Positions 12,241 through 24,953 of a DNA stretch of 64,000 bases are shown piece after piece; the stretch's first letter is position 1; each line of letters begins with the position of its first letter. Both the position numbers and the translations under genes were made by a program. The stretch is taken from contig JAQFVV010000011.1 of the NCBI GenBank assembly GCA_028023455.1, forward strand, positions 3,224,001 through 3,288,000. Direction: 5' to 3'. Origin of the DNA: Epiperipatus broadwayi. Taxonomy: Eukaryota; Animalia; Onychophora. The notes under the pieces are model-generated. The model saw only the letters and a list, made by a program, of their open reading frames with translations. It searched no databases and had not been told where the DNA came from.

Positions 12241-15200
12241 TATCATATGGAAACATTTTTTTCTACATCAAAATATTGGTAAAGAAATTTTGATAAACAA
12301 TAAATTAAAAAAATAGATATTTGCTAAGTCTCTAATTTTATATGTAAGTGAAGGTGTTTGCCAACCGACAAACTGAAGTGTCATAAGATAACAAGTAGCT
12401 GCTATTGATCACTACTAGTGACATCTATAATACAATTTATTCTAAAATCTCAATATTTAAAGATGCATTAGAGACTTTAATGAACCATTTAATTATTTAA
12501 GACAAATTATTCCAAACAGACAAATATTTATTTCAAAGTTTTTTTAAAAAAAATATTTATTCTGATTTTTTTATATCTTTTAATTATTTTCTGCTTCACT
12601 AGTGTTCTCTCGTTATGGCTAACCGGTTGCTACTTATCTTCTATATCATTTATGCTAGTCTTAGATGCCTTCTACTTAATTATTTTGCTCCATGTATTGT
12701 TATATTATTCATTTTCATTCCATTTGTGATCTGTTTTCTTTTTAAAATTTTAATTTACCTCACCATATTTTCAAAATAAATATTTAAAAAATTTAATATC
12801 GACAAAATGTCTAATTTTAAAAATATGAATATATATACTTTGCAATTCTGTTCTTATTAATAGTAAAAAACGTGGAACATCAGTTAATTTGATTACATTT
12901 TAATAATTTTGTATGACTTAATATTTAATATTTAATAACAAAAAACTAATAACATGTTTGCAAAAAAATGTAAAATGAAGATTAGTTGTTTTAGTAATAA
13001 ACTGAAGCAAAAATAATAAAAAAGGAGACAATTTTATCAATTTTCTAGGGAAAAAATTGAACTAATATTCAAATTTTTAATTACATTTTGAAAGTTAATT
13101 TTCTCAAAGTCCGCTGTAGCTGTCAAATTAATAAATGTGACAACTTTTTTTTTTAAAAAAAAGTATGAATTAGTTATGATTAGTAAATTCAACTCATCCC
13201 TTTATAAAAATAAGTTTATATCTCTCATCTGAGAATGTACTGTCTATTTACAATTGTTTTTAAAAATATAATTTTAAAAATGTAGATAAATGATCGCAAT
13301 TACAAGATAGAAATTTTTTTTAATAATGTAATATAACAGAATAACGAAATTATTTTTATATTTAAAAAAAATTAAAATGATATATCAATATGTAAACACA
13401 TTTTAAAAAATGTAAAACTTTTTAACTACGACATAGAAATTTCGAGTTCAAACTTTGGCTTCCAAATTTAAGCATATTTTTTTCAAATTGCATAAAATTC
13501 CAATACACATATGTATTACTACAGTTTGATGTACGAGTTTCAAATTTTCTGCAATTAGGCTACTGACACCACCTCCTTTAGGTACATATATTGATGCTTA
13601 TTGCTAATCACTTCTAGGCTAAAGATTATTGCATCATTCGTAGCCCCATAAATCAACTTTAAACAGTTTAAAGATTAAAATATGTTTTTTATTAAATGTA
13701 ATCACGAGGTATTACACTGCTTATAGTATCGCTAACTTCATCATTCTTGTCTACATATATATATTTTCATTCTGCAGATTATTCTTGAAATATGAATAAA
13801 GACATTGAAAAAGATAAATGATAACTAGGTACTTACGAATGTATTAAATAACTTCCACACCACACACAATCTATGCAGAGCCACCATTGTTCAATTGTTC
13901 AGCTTTCAATATTCTACATAGCATTCGTCAATATTTTCAATATTAAATTAAATTTTGATCTATAATTATCAAATGTTTGACATACACACCTTTGATATCA
14001 TCATTAGATTAACATATTAATATCTATCATTAATCATTTATCAGACTAGAGATTCGCATATTATTCCTAGCCTAAATACAACTTGTAAATTCAGTTTATT
14101 AAACATAAACACATGGTATTACTAACTCATTCCTTCATTTTTCCTTTAGCCTAATAAGTGATTAATGATAATTATGACTGTAGTTATATAAAGTGATTGA
14201 TGTCAAAGGTTAGCAGAAAATCTTAGCACTTGTAGTTCAAATGTTACTAATTTGATGTTGATAAATATTAAATAAATGATGAACATATGTGTAAGAAATT
14301 GAGGCTTAGGCTGATTAATCATACTGGTTTAGTATGATATGAATCTTGTGGGTTATTTACCTTTTTCAGATGTTTTTATTGACATGTTTCAAAAATATGT
14401 GGTGGAACAAACAGTTTAAGTATATCAAGTATATGAAAAAACACATTAAATAACACCTCTCTTATTTTTTTTTCTTTATATACACTAATTTCATACAGAA
14501 GCTTATAATCAAACATAATTATGAATAGATAATAATATAATATCTTAATAGTTTTAAATGTTTCTAGAGTTGAATAAATGATATAAATAGATATGAGAAT
14601 TTCAATGACTAAATGCGCAAATGATAGATAGATGTTATTTTAGGTCCAGTGAACTTAGGTGTAAAAAAGATCTTTTCTAAATATTTTATTTGCAATTTTA
14701 AGTAATATAGAGATATGGAGAGTTAAGAAAAGAAAGGAACAAACTGAAAGCTTGAAGATAATAATTTGAAAAAATAAACTAAAAGGATAAGATTAGCAGC
14801 CTACAAGTATTTCATACTGTTGAAAAGAAATAAACATGCAAAACTCACTACACATATAAGAAATGATGATCATGTGATGTTTATTGGTTTGAAAAAAAAA
14901 TAACATAAAAAATTATTTGAGAAAATTATATGGAAGAAATCGATTGGGCAAACATTTTGAGGCAAAGGAATTATAAAAAATGTATTGTAAAAAATAACAA
15001 AGATTAAAAAAAGATGATAGAGAGAAATTTGAGTGATGATTTTAAGGATGTGGATAGTTATGAGTATTTAAAAATTGGAGCAAGTATTTAGAAAAAAAAC
15101 TTGAAGAAAGTGATCTGACTAAGTGTGTAAAACCCATCTTTTGATTGATATTTCAAATATGATCACCCAAAAAAAATATATAAAAACAAATATTGACTTT

Positions 15201-15699
15201 CATTACAGGATAAATAAATGCGCCCATTTAGAATTTTTATACTAATCCTTGAGATAGTGGCATAATGTAAAACTGGTTAGTGGGAGATTAGATTCTAAAT
15301 CATGTTCCAAATGAAAAAAGTGAAAAGAATTCATGAAATGAATGGAATTTTTGTTTCATTCACCACTTTGGCATTCATGTTCTCTTATTTAGAGAACTAA
15401 ATATGTTAAACAGCAAAAGAATTAAAGGCAATAGTTTGGCAAATAAAAAATAACTTATCCAGAAATGATATTATAATTCAATATATCGATTTTTAGTTCA
15501 TGATCTTTTTTAAATTATTAGAATTATAAATAATTATCATAAGATTTTTTAAAAAATCTTTTTTTTTTATATCCAACAGTAAATTTAGTTGGATGTTGTT
15601 TTCTTAGACATATTCAGGATAACATGTGGTCATTGTGTTCATTTTCTTCATAAATAAAAATTAACAACCAACCAATGTGGATGTGATTAAACTCTAACT

Positions 15700-16380
15700 G
15701 TGAAAGACATAGATAGTAATTATTTACTCTATAACTGCAGTGGCAGAATTGAAAAACGTAATAAATGACTGAATCTATTTCCTGGTTGGAATCTCTACAG
15801 GTTCTTTATGCACCTTTATGCACCTAGAAAACAGGAAAAACTTCATAAATTAAATTGTTCCGCACAAAATGTATCTTGGGCCATTTGACTTTTATTATGG
15901 TCTTTATTCATATGATTTGAAAAGAATGTGTGGGGATATTGAGATTATTTAATACATTTATAAAAGATATTACATGTGAGAAAGAGAAATGTGAATAACT
16001 CTATGCATATGTGTTTAATTAAAAAAATCAGATATATTAATCTTTATCTGTGACTTAAAGTTTATATTTGAGCTACATATAATCTCTAGTTTAATATATG
16101 ATTAGTGATAATTATTACTGTATTTATCTAAAGTGGATGGTGACAAAGTTGTGGATGGAGTAGGTTTGACATTCTTAAATCAAAATTGATAAATACTATA
16201 CATATGATAAAGATATATATGGAAGATGGTGCCCTTGACCAATTAACGAGTGCTGGTTCAGCATGAAATGCATCTTGGGGGTCATTTAGCTTTTATTATA
16301 TCTTTATATGATTTTGAAAAGAATGTGTGAGGGTCTGGAAGTTATTTAATACATTTTAAAAATGATATTATTTTATTAAA
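15700..16380 (+). mobile_element. Family B' tandem pair (399-bp period) with hammerhead motifs
   Basis: Duplicated block GCAC/T-(A/G)AAA-TG(T/C)ATC-TTGGG...TTTTATTAT...GAAAAGAATGTGTG at about 15861 and 16260. The second copy has GACCAA TTAACGA GTGCTG GTT CAGCAT GAAA TGC ATC TTGG (16238-16279). Confidence 0.7.
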
Positions 16381-16546
16381 TACGTTTTTACTCCTAGTCA
16401 GTTCTCTAAATGATTGCATAAGTTGATAATAAAATCTATTAAATATGAAACATGAGGATAGTATATCTGACATTCAGACAGAATGTACCTTTTAATAAAT
16501 TTTATTAGTCATTCATTAGAATAGAGATTATCCACTTAATGAATAA

Positions 16547-16677
16547 TATCTCTGTAGTACAATTTTCACTATACCACTCTTCGCAGGGTTTACACCCTTC
16601 CATATGGGTTTAAAGTGGATAAAAACTATTTCCTATTTTGTATAAGAGTGGTGTGGTGAAAATTACTCTACAGAAAT
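16547..16677. repeat. Small fold-back, about 35-bp arms
   Basis: TATCTCTGTAGTACAATTTTCACTATACCACTCTT versus AAGAGTGGTGTGGTGAAAATTACTCTACAGAAATA, about 80% complementary. Confidence 0.75.
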
Positions 16678-17519
16678 AATTAAGAATGTATCTTTTATTT
16701 ATTGTAGTAAACTTTAAAAATCTATCTTTTTAAAAAGAATTTCATTACATCTTATTAATAATTACATATTATATGCAATCTAAAAAAAAAGGTATTTTGA
16801 AGTACATGCCATAAATAATATAGATATTTGTTTTCAAAATAGTTTACACATATATATTTCTCTGATAGCCTGTTTCTATTTCTATATTTTATTTCTTATC
16901 ACTTTTTCTCAAAATTATGAAACTAAATTTTGAAAGTACCAGTCAATGAGTTGATGCAGGTTAACTAAACAAAAATGACAACTTGTCAGTTAAAACTGAG
17001 ATTGCGAGTCAATGTTCTTGTAGATGAATTGAAACCACTACCATACTTATATCAAAAACTTCACTTTCAAGTTATATTCTGACTTTAGACGTCAGGTTGA
17101 GAATATCTCCAGATTGTAGAAATGGTTTATTACTAAATTTAAGAGCTGCATTATAACGATATATACATATATATGTATCTTTGTGTGTAGCTGTGTGTTT
17201 TGTTGGAAAATGTGCGTTTATGGCTAATTGTTAGTGATTCTTATAGTTGTATGTAGTAAATATAACATCGATTAGAGTCATTATTATTTAAGACATTTCT
17301 TATCCTTTAGCTATTTTTTTAGTCAATCAAAGTCTTACCTAATATTATATACCTATTATACTAATGCAATCAAAAGTCCTCATACTGTATATGTATTACA
17401 ATGCATAAATATTATCCACATACAAACCATTACTAACACACATGGCAGTGTATATATTACTTCAAAAGTTGTTTGATAACCAACAATTATTCAATGTTTG
17501 TCATACAATGATATATAAT

Positions 17520-17601
17520 GCAAGAATTATTTTAATATATCTCAAAAATGGTTTAAAGTAGCAAGAGTTATTTTAATATATCTCAAAAGTGGTTTAAAGT
17601 A
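17520..17601. repeat. 41-bp tandem duplication
   Basis: GCAAGA(A/G)TTATTTTAATATATCTCAAAA(A/G)TGGTTTAAAGTA occurs twice. Confidence 0.9.
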
Positions 17602-18331
17602 ATAATCTCCATTTGAAATCCCGCAGAAGATCAGTAGCTGTTATGTGAGATTTTCCAAATTAAGCAGTAACAGGCATAAAGTTGATTTAAAAAATAAGGA
17701 AACCAGCAAACATATATTTGTCAAATATGCTCCTGAATATCTTGCAACTATGCTTCAAGTAACCACCACTAGATAGCAGAAATGTGCTGATTCTTCTGTG
17801 ATTTTTGGGATTGTAAGCAACATGGTACTTGCTTTGTCATAAGAATGAGTGTGTTCTTGATATGGAATATTATACCCAATGTTAGTATTGAATAAAGAAT
17901 GCAGGAAAAACAAATTGTTACATTTCTGTTACTATGAAAATAAAAAAGTTATTTATAAAGTCAAATCATCTAAAAAAATATAAGCCATACTATTACAAAA
18001 ATCAAATGCTTTTTTGTGTAAAAGTTCAAAAGAAGACTGAGCATGAGAAATGATAGAGCTGAGCTGTGATCCATGGACTTGGAGCTCCAGAATACACCCC
18101 TCCACCACTGCACCAAACCTTACAGGGCTCTTTAAAAAGAATGTTAAGCTAAATTCTTTCTATTGAAGTTAATCAGTGCTGCATTTCGTTACTCTAGCAC
18201 CAACAACCAAATGTGGTGCAACAATCAAATGTGGTGCAACACCTTAATAGCATCCATATAAGATTAAGTTCATATCCATCATAAGCAGTACACCCAGCTG
18301 TATCTAAGAAGAAATCGCTATTTCATATGAG

Positions 18332-18782
18332 TTTATTCTTATAAAGTACTGAAAACTTTGAAATTATTCAAATGGAAGTCAATCTCTGACAACATGCTAT
18401 TTCGTAAATATTATAAATCTTCACACACTCTCCCACTGGTAAGAGTTTAAAAAACTTAAGTGAATCATTTAAGTTTAGAGCATAATTCTATATACACCAA
18501 CTCTTATAGACCATGCTTAAATCAGGGCTTGAGTCTATTGTGTGCCTGTGTTGGGTTAAATAGATTTGTACAATTGAATATTTGATTATAACATCAGGCA
18601 CACAATAGACTCAAGCCCTGACTTAATCATGGTCTGTAAGAATTGGTGTATATAGAATGAATGCTCTAAACTTAAGTGATTCACTTAAGTTTTTTAAACT
18701 CTTACTGGGAGGTGACTGCATGGAAATTTATAATATTTAAGAAATAGAGCATTGTTGGAGATTGAGTTCCATTTGAATTATG
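18332..18782. mobile_element. Fold-back element with about 190-bp arms, an unpaired 33-nt tail and a candidate 9-bp TSD
   Basis: Arms at about 18365-18553 and 18593-18781 are reverse complements. TCATATGAG occurs at 18323-18331 and 18783-18791. Confidence 0.7.
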
Positions 18783-18849
18783 TCATATGAGGAAAATAAT
18801 AAATCTTCTTGGTCACAGATGTTAAGAATGTTTGGCTAAATGAAAGTAT

Positions 18850-19300
18850 AAATACAACCAAAAGGGAAAAAGTAATATTTCAAAAACATTATTGTAACTG
18901 ACAATGAAACTAATAATTAGAAATTTCTGATAGCTAAAGAGACTTTAATAAGGATAAAATGTTGTTTAATGACTTCATAAAAATATATATTAAAAAGAGG
19001 CACTTTAGATATTTTGTTAAAATAATGTTATGTAAAACAGATGTGGAGAATTAAAAAAGTTATTTAAAAAATACAATGAAGACTTTAGAGATGATTCAGA
19101 AAATATTGATAAGGATAAGCTCAAAGATAAAATTAGCATTGTACAGAAATTAAAAAAAAAATAGAGCAAAATAATTATTTTAATGAGAAAACTATGAGAA
19201 TCAAGAGTTGAAATCACTCAAATGATAAAATGAGCACAACAATTATATTCAATTAGTCAAATGGAGTTTAATTATTCTCCTTATTTAGGATCACTTCCAG
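18850..19300 (+). mobile_element. Very degenerate RTE-like LINE C-terminal remnant
   Basis: Decayed resemblance to LYGxETW...AFEMW..RRMLRISW.DKI.N. A similar piece lies near 10500-10750. Confidence 0.35.
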
Positions 19301-20984
19301 AATCTTTATCTCAAGAGTTAATCATTTTATCACTTTGCTAAATTATAAAAAAAAAATAGTATGAAAATAGTTGAATGTCATATACATAAAAATATATATT
19401 GAATCAAGAAAGTAGCTCATAGGATGTCATCAAGATTTGAAATAGCTGAGGCAGTCTTCAGATTTATGAAATATGATCATTGCTGAGTTAAATTTCATAT
19501 GATGATTAGAATTTGTATTCAGATCATTTCTTTTTTTTAGCGCAAAATATTAAAAACCATGTCTTATCAAAGCATCAAATACTATTTATCAATATTTCTA
19601 AAAACACTAATTAACCCCTAAATATAAAATCAATATATTATAATGGTTGGGGAAGATACTCTTGCACTATCTGCTGTACAGGGTGCCATCAGACCAATTG
19701 AACCTGGAAAATTTATGTAGTAGGCAGATACTTCTTTATAAAATCCCATTTTTAATTTGACCGATATGCCCTAGTCGCTGGTTCAAGGAATAGCTGAGAT
19801 TTAATAATATAAACTTTTAAACACATTTTTAATAAAGAAAAAAGATAATAAAATAAGCCACTGCCAGTAATAATCACACAAACATTTATTTACGTATTTA
19901 TATAAAATAAAGTTGAGGAATAAATTATTTAACATTGTTTTAGGTTTTATTATTATTTTTTTTAACTTTAAGTTTTAATATCTTGATAAGATCATCCAGA
20001 TGGATATTTTATATAATTTAATAATTTGATAAATGCAAATACACTACATAGATTACGCATTTATATACTCGATTCTTTCTTTTAACTTCAGGCTACAAGT
20101 TCACATCAAAACCAAGGCCAGATTATTGATATACCGATGTGATCAATGCAAAATGAGGACGGTAGCATATAAAAAAACCATGCTGACAGGAATGTGCATC
20201 TGTAGTATGATATCATTAAAAAAAAATGACCCTCGTCCACTACAGGAATGTGCATCTGTCTGGTGAGGTAATCATTTGGAATATATATATATATTAGACA
20301 TGCTGTATAATGGGGGATTGTGGTCTTGGAATCTTACTCTCACCACCCAGAGCATAAGGAGATCAATGGCATAGGGAATATGTCTACATTCATTGGCAAT
20401 GTGATGGCTATACTTTTGGTCATGTATTCAATTGGGTATAGTACCCTGATGCTAACATGGTACAAGGAAATGAGAATCCAAAGCACCTCCCCATCACATT
20501 GACATAAAACACCCATACATACATCCACCAGCACAGATTCAACCACGAGAAAAATAGTCTGAAATTAACCCACTTAAACTAACATAATTTTACGTGATGT
20601 CTAGATTGATAATTAACACAAAATTAATTTTATTAACTTAATTATTTAATAAAAATCCTTTATTTAACTTTAATAAAATTATTTAATCACTTTAAATCAA
20701 ACATATTTTATTTAAAATAAACACCCTTTTTTATCTTAAGAATTCTTCAAGATTATCATTATTTAAAATGCCTTTTTATAAAATACATTGCTTTTAATAA
20801 TTCCTTTTAAACTTCTGAATTTTTCATCAATATATGCACAAATACCTGTACACATATACATTAAATATAATCAACATTTTAAAACAATAAAACTCAACTT
20901 TTATCCATTAAAAACTTATTTACATTAAAACCAATTCCAATTAGATCTTTAGGCTTAATGTTTTAAATTCTAACTTTAAACAAA

Positions 20985-21720
20985 TATTGCTAAGACTATT
21001 AATTAATATATGGTATGGCTGAAGATTTCTCAACCCCATATAACTATTTGAGTTAGATAGCTAGATTTGCAGACATATAGATGCCAATTTTAATTTTTTT
21101 ATTTAAAAGTTAACTATCAGATAAGTGCTAACTTTAAATGGTATTTTGGATCTAGTGTCGGAAATATCCTAGCACCTCACCGAGGAAAGCCAATAACTTG
21201 AAACTGGTTTGAGGGTGAAGTTAATTTCTAGATAGAGATTTTAAGTGCTTTCTTGGAATTTTTTAATAATGCTTGTTAGAGCTATTAGCACACTCTTTAT
21301 TTTAATTTATAATTATAAGATTATCAAATTAAATCACGTGATGTGTGACTTTAATTTATTTACTATTATAATTTGGAGTTTAAGTCTTAAGAGATGCTAT
21401 ATTGCTAAGACTTAATATATGGTATGGCCAAAGATTCCTCAGCCCCATTTAGCTATTTTAGTTAAATAGATGGATTTGAAGGCATATAAGTGCCTGAAAA
21501 TTTCAGATGTTCTACTTAAAAATTAACTATCAGATAAGTGCTGGTTTTGAGATGGTATGGATTTATCCTAGCACCTCACTGAGGAAAGCCAATAGCTAGA
21601 AACTGGTCTGGGGTTTGGGGATAATTTCCAGATAGAGATTTTAAATGCTTTGTCTTATGGCATTCATTGATAAATCTTGTTGGAGCTATTAGCATGCTCT
21701 TTATTTTAATTTACTATTTT
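20985..21720 (+). mobile_element. Family F tandem dimer with two hammerhead motifs
   Basis: Units start ATATTGCTAAGACT near 20985 and 21399. Hammerheads lie at 21174-21215 and 21573-21614. ATCACGTGAT lies between the units. Confidence 0.88.
21573..21614 (+). ncRNA. Minimal type I hammerhead ribozyme motif (Family F)
   Basis: ACCTCA CTGAGGA A AGC CAATA GCT A GAAA CTG GTC / TGGGGT, with a 6-bp helix I. Predicted cut after 21608. Confidence 0.78.
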
Positions 21721-22269
21721 AAATATATCTTATCTTGAAAACTAGAAAAATAGAAACTTTAATATACATAAATCATACTTTACAAACAGCAACAAAAGCT
21801 TTATTTGTTGCAATAAATTTAACACAGCATATTTCCAATTAACTCTTATCCAGGTTTAAACTACTAAATTTGGATTTTTAAACAAATATTAAATAAGTAA
21901 ATTGATATTACTTTAGCAAATTATTACTCAAGCATGTTTAATATAATGGCTATCTTTTATTATTTTTAAATTTTAACAATAATAATTTTTATAAATTTAA
22001 AATATTGTTACAGAAGCAGAGGAATTATTGAATATTTTTGCATATTAACCATCCCAATGGTCAGACCAAGATTGTCTATAAATACATAAACTATGGCCAC
22101 CTTTTAAAATCCTTGCACCCACTCTGTAACTTCTAAAAGCAAAATACCTCTCTTGTGGATATTACCCTGGGCACCATTCACCCATTTGACTGGGATACCC
22201 ATACAAGAAAATTTTACATGCTTTAAGTGCTTGATTCCACAATTAGACTGTTTTTTATGAGGCTCCTCA

Positions 22270-22560
22270 TAGACATCTGACGTCACTCTAACTCAGCCGA
22301 TTCTTATGCTAAAAAATTCGTTCGATAGGTTTTGAAGAGGTTTTTAAAAGTTCTGTAAGATGGTGCCCTCTTCCGACTTATTTTACAAGTAAAAAATAAA
22401 AAAAAACGCATTTAAACCTAAACAAAGAAAGAACATTATTTGTGATTGGTTCTTAGCAAGCTCTCAGCCAAAAAAGACATTCTGATTGGCTGGAAAGAAC
22501 AAAGAAACCGCCTGATCAAAGAAAATAAAGAAAAACGCTGAGATTTTCATTTTGAATATG
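22270..22560. promoter_or_regulatory. Candidate promoter-like segment
   Basis: CRE palindrome TGACGTCA at 22278-22285 and two inverted CCAAT boxes (ATTGG at 22445 and 22485). CpG is locally retained in a CpG-poor background. No linked exon was found. Confidence 0.3.
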
Positions 22561-24228
22561 ATTTTAAAGTATTATAAAAGTATATTTGAGAAATTAAAAT
22601 TATTTTCAGAGAGAATACTAAAAAAACAAAATTATTTTTGAAAAATATCGAAGATTTTTGTAAAAATATTGAAGAATTAGTAAAAAGAAATATTTACTTT
22701 TCTATAACGTAAAAGTCGACCTTTTTGTTTATATTATAGCTTTTATGTTGCCGAAATTGAATATTTTAGAATAAATGAATAGCAATTTATTTTTGAAAGA
22801 ACTTTCGTTCTCTTCATAACCTGAAAAATTAGTAATATACTTTTTATAAACGTATCTGAGTTGAATTTAATATTATAGGCGAATATGTTTTAACAATAGG
22901 TTTTGTCTTCAGTTTGTGAGTTGGCCAATTAAAAGATTTGATTTTTACCTCATACAACCAATAATATAATTAGCGGTTAAAAGGTTAAATAAACAAGAAA
23001 CTTACATAATTTATGCTATCAGACAATGCATATTTAAACATAAATATAATTGGCAAATTTTATCTCAATTAAATGTCATATGGATGAGATACAGAGAGAA
23101 AGAATTTAAGTCAAATTAACATATTAAAATAAAATATTTATTTATAACAAAAAATATTATAATAATAATGAGAATAAAAAATCAGCACCACTTAGGTTCT
23201 TGGTAGTTGCTAGTAGGAGATGATGTAAACTAAATGGGCTTACACTTGGCAACCAGCACCACCAAGTAAGCAGATTTGCTGCCAGTTAGCTGGTGGAATG
23301 TTTTTGTGCTTACACATGGTGAACAGCACCATCTAGTAGCTGGAACAAGCATCACTGCTTTTGGTCCCTATCCTGGATACTTGTGTTGACACCGAAACAG
23401 CACTTCTTGCGGCCATCAAGCACATTCTCCACAACTACCATAAAATTAAAATTACAGTGTTATTCTGTATAGTTAAGTCTATTATAACTAGATAGTAAGA
23501 GTTTATCATTTCTAATTTTATGAGATGTTATTAAGAGAATGAAATCTTACCCCTGTATATCACTTTACATCTAGACTTTGAATTATTTTCTTATATTAAC
23601 TTGACCATGTCTTCTTAAGTTTATACAGTTAATGGCTGGAATTCTTGAACATGTTTTCCAGTTTTTATTAATGGCCTGTTACTTCTTTTCTGGGGCAGTG
23701 TATATCTTCATGGCCTTGTTTAGTAGTAATCTTTGATAATGATGGGTATATTTCTCAACAATGGCAAGTCAAAGATATATGTCACATCTCAGTCCACAAA
23801 ATGCTCAGGAACTGGGTGATGAAAACCAAATAAACACCCTGTTGCAAGGGTGATGTTAAGGCATTCACATAGCTATATGTGGTTGAATAACAAACTAGAT
23901 GTTCTCAATGAAAGAGTTTGCAAATTTCATCAGGTGATAAGTCAGCAAAATTTAATATAATTAGCAACAGCAGAATCAAATTAACAGAATCAGAATCAAA
24001 ATACATCAGAATGCAACAGAATAATGGTAAAATAATTCTAATGAAAATTTAGTAGCCTTTATACCCTTGACAAATCTTTGTATAAGCTCACCCACATCAT
24101 TAATCACTTTCAATCTTTTTTCAAATTAGTTAATCTTTTTTTAAATTTTAATTACAACATTCATCACAGCATTGATTATCTAATCAGCTGCATAAATTAC
24201 TGTTTTCAGTAAAACATAATCCATTCTT

Positions 24229-24749
24229 AGTGTTTTTCTGAAGGTTTGTGATGATGGTGTTCTAGCTGTATTTTTATATTGGACTATTTCCATCATCTAA
24301 TATGTGTGTTGAATGTCTTTAGAAAAGTTTAATTTTTAGTTAAATATTCCAAATGCATTCAACTGTTAGTAATATCACAGCAAACAGGTTAGTATATGCA
24401 CCAACTGTTAGTAATATCACAGCAAACAAATGTTAATAATATCACAGCAAACAGGTTAGTATATGCACTAACTGTTAGTAATATCACAGCAAACAGGTTA
24501 ATATATGCATATACTAACCTGTTTGCTGTGATATTACTAACAGTTAGTGCATATACTAACCTGTTTGCTGTGATATTATTAACATTTGTTTGCTGTGATA
24601 TTACTAACAGTTGGTGCATATACTAACCTGTTTGCTGTGATATTACTAACAGTTGAATGCATTTGGAATATTTAACTAAAAATTAAACTTTTCTAAAGAC
24701 ATTCAACACACATATTAGATGATGGAAATAGTCCAATATAAAAATACAG
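24229..24749. mobile_element. Family C 3'-end palindrome (484 bp, no spacer) plus 37-nt unpaired tail
   Basis: 24266-24749 is self-complementary about 24507/24508, with one mismatch seen near the centre. Perfect 13-bp TSD ATAATCCATTCTT at 24216-24228 and 24750-24762. The arms contain short internal tandem repeats. Confidence 0.93.
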
Positions 24750-24953
24750 ATAATCCATTCTTGATTAGACATTTTTTTAGATCATACTTTTCTCTAATTA
24801 AATAATTTTAAAGAATAATTCTGTACAATTATTTACATTTCAATTTTCTTGTTCTTTCCTTACAGTATTTTTTTAGTTAAATTATTTTACCAAGCAACTT
24901 TGTAATCTTTAAGTTATCTTTACACAATCGGTTTTAATTTTTCATTTGAACAT

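Noticed and set aside
13836-13890. Candidate first coding exon on the minus strand (MVALHRLCVVWKLFNTF followed by GTAAGT)
   Set aside because: Good donor and CpG-rich context, but no downstream exon chain or homology. It needs RNA-seq.
14560-15400. R4/Dong-like LINE remnant
   Set aside because: Only vague motif echoes in very AT-rich sequence.
23370-23410. Hammerhead at CTGGATA...CACCGAAACAGC
   Set aside because: The core does not match CTGANGA, and neither helix I nor the NUH triplet can be formed.
24370-24650. CRISPR-like array or the mirrored 76-aa ORFs
   Set aside because: The repeats have no unique spacers and the context is eukaryotic. The two ORFs are mirror images produced by the palindrome.
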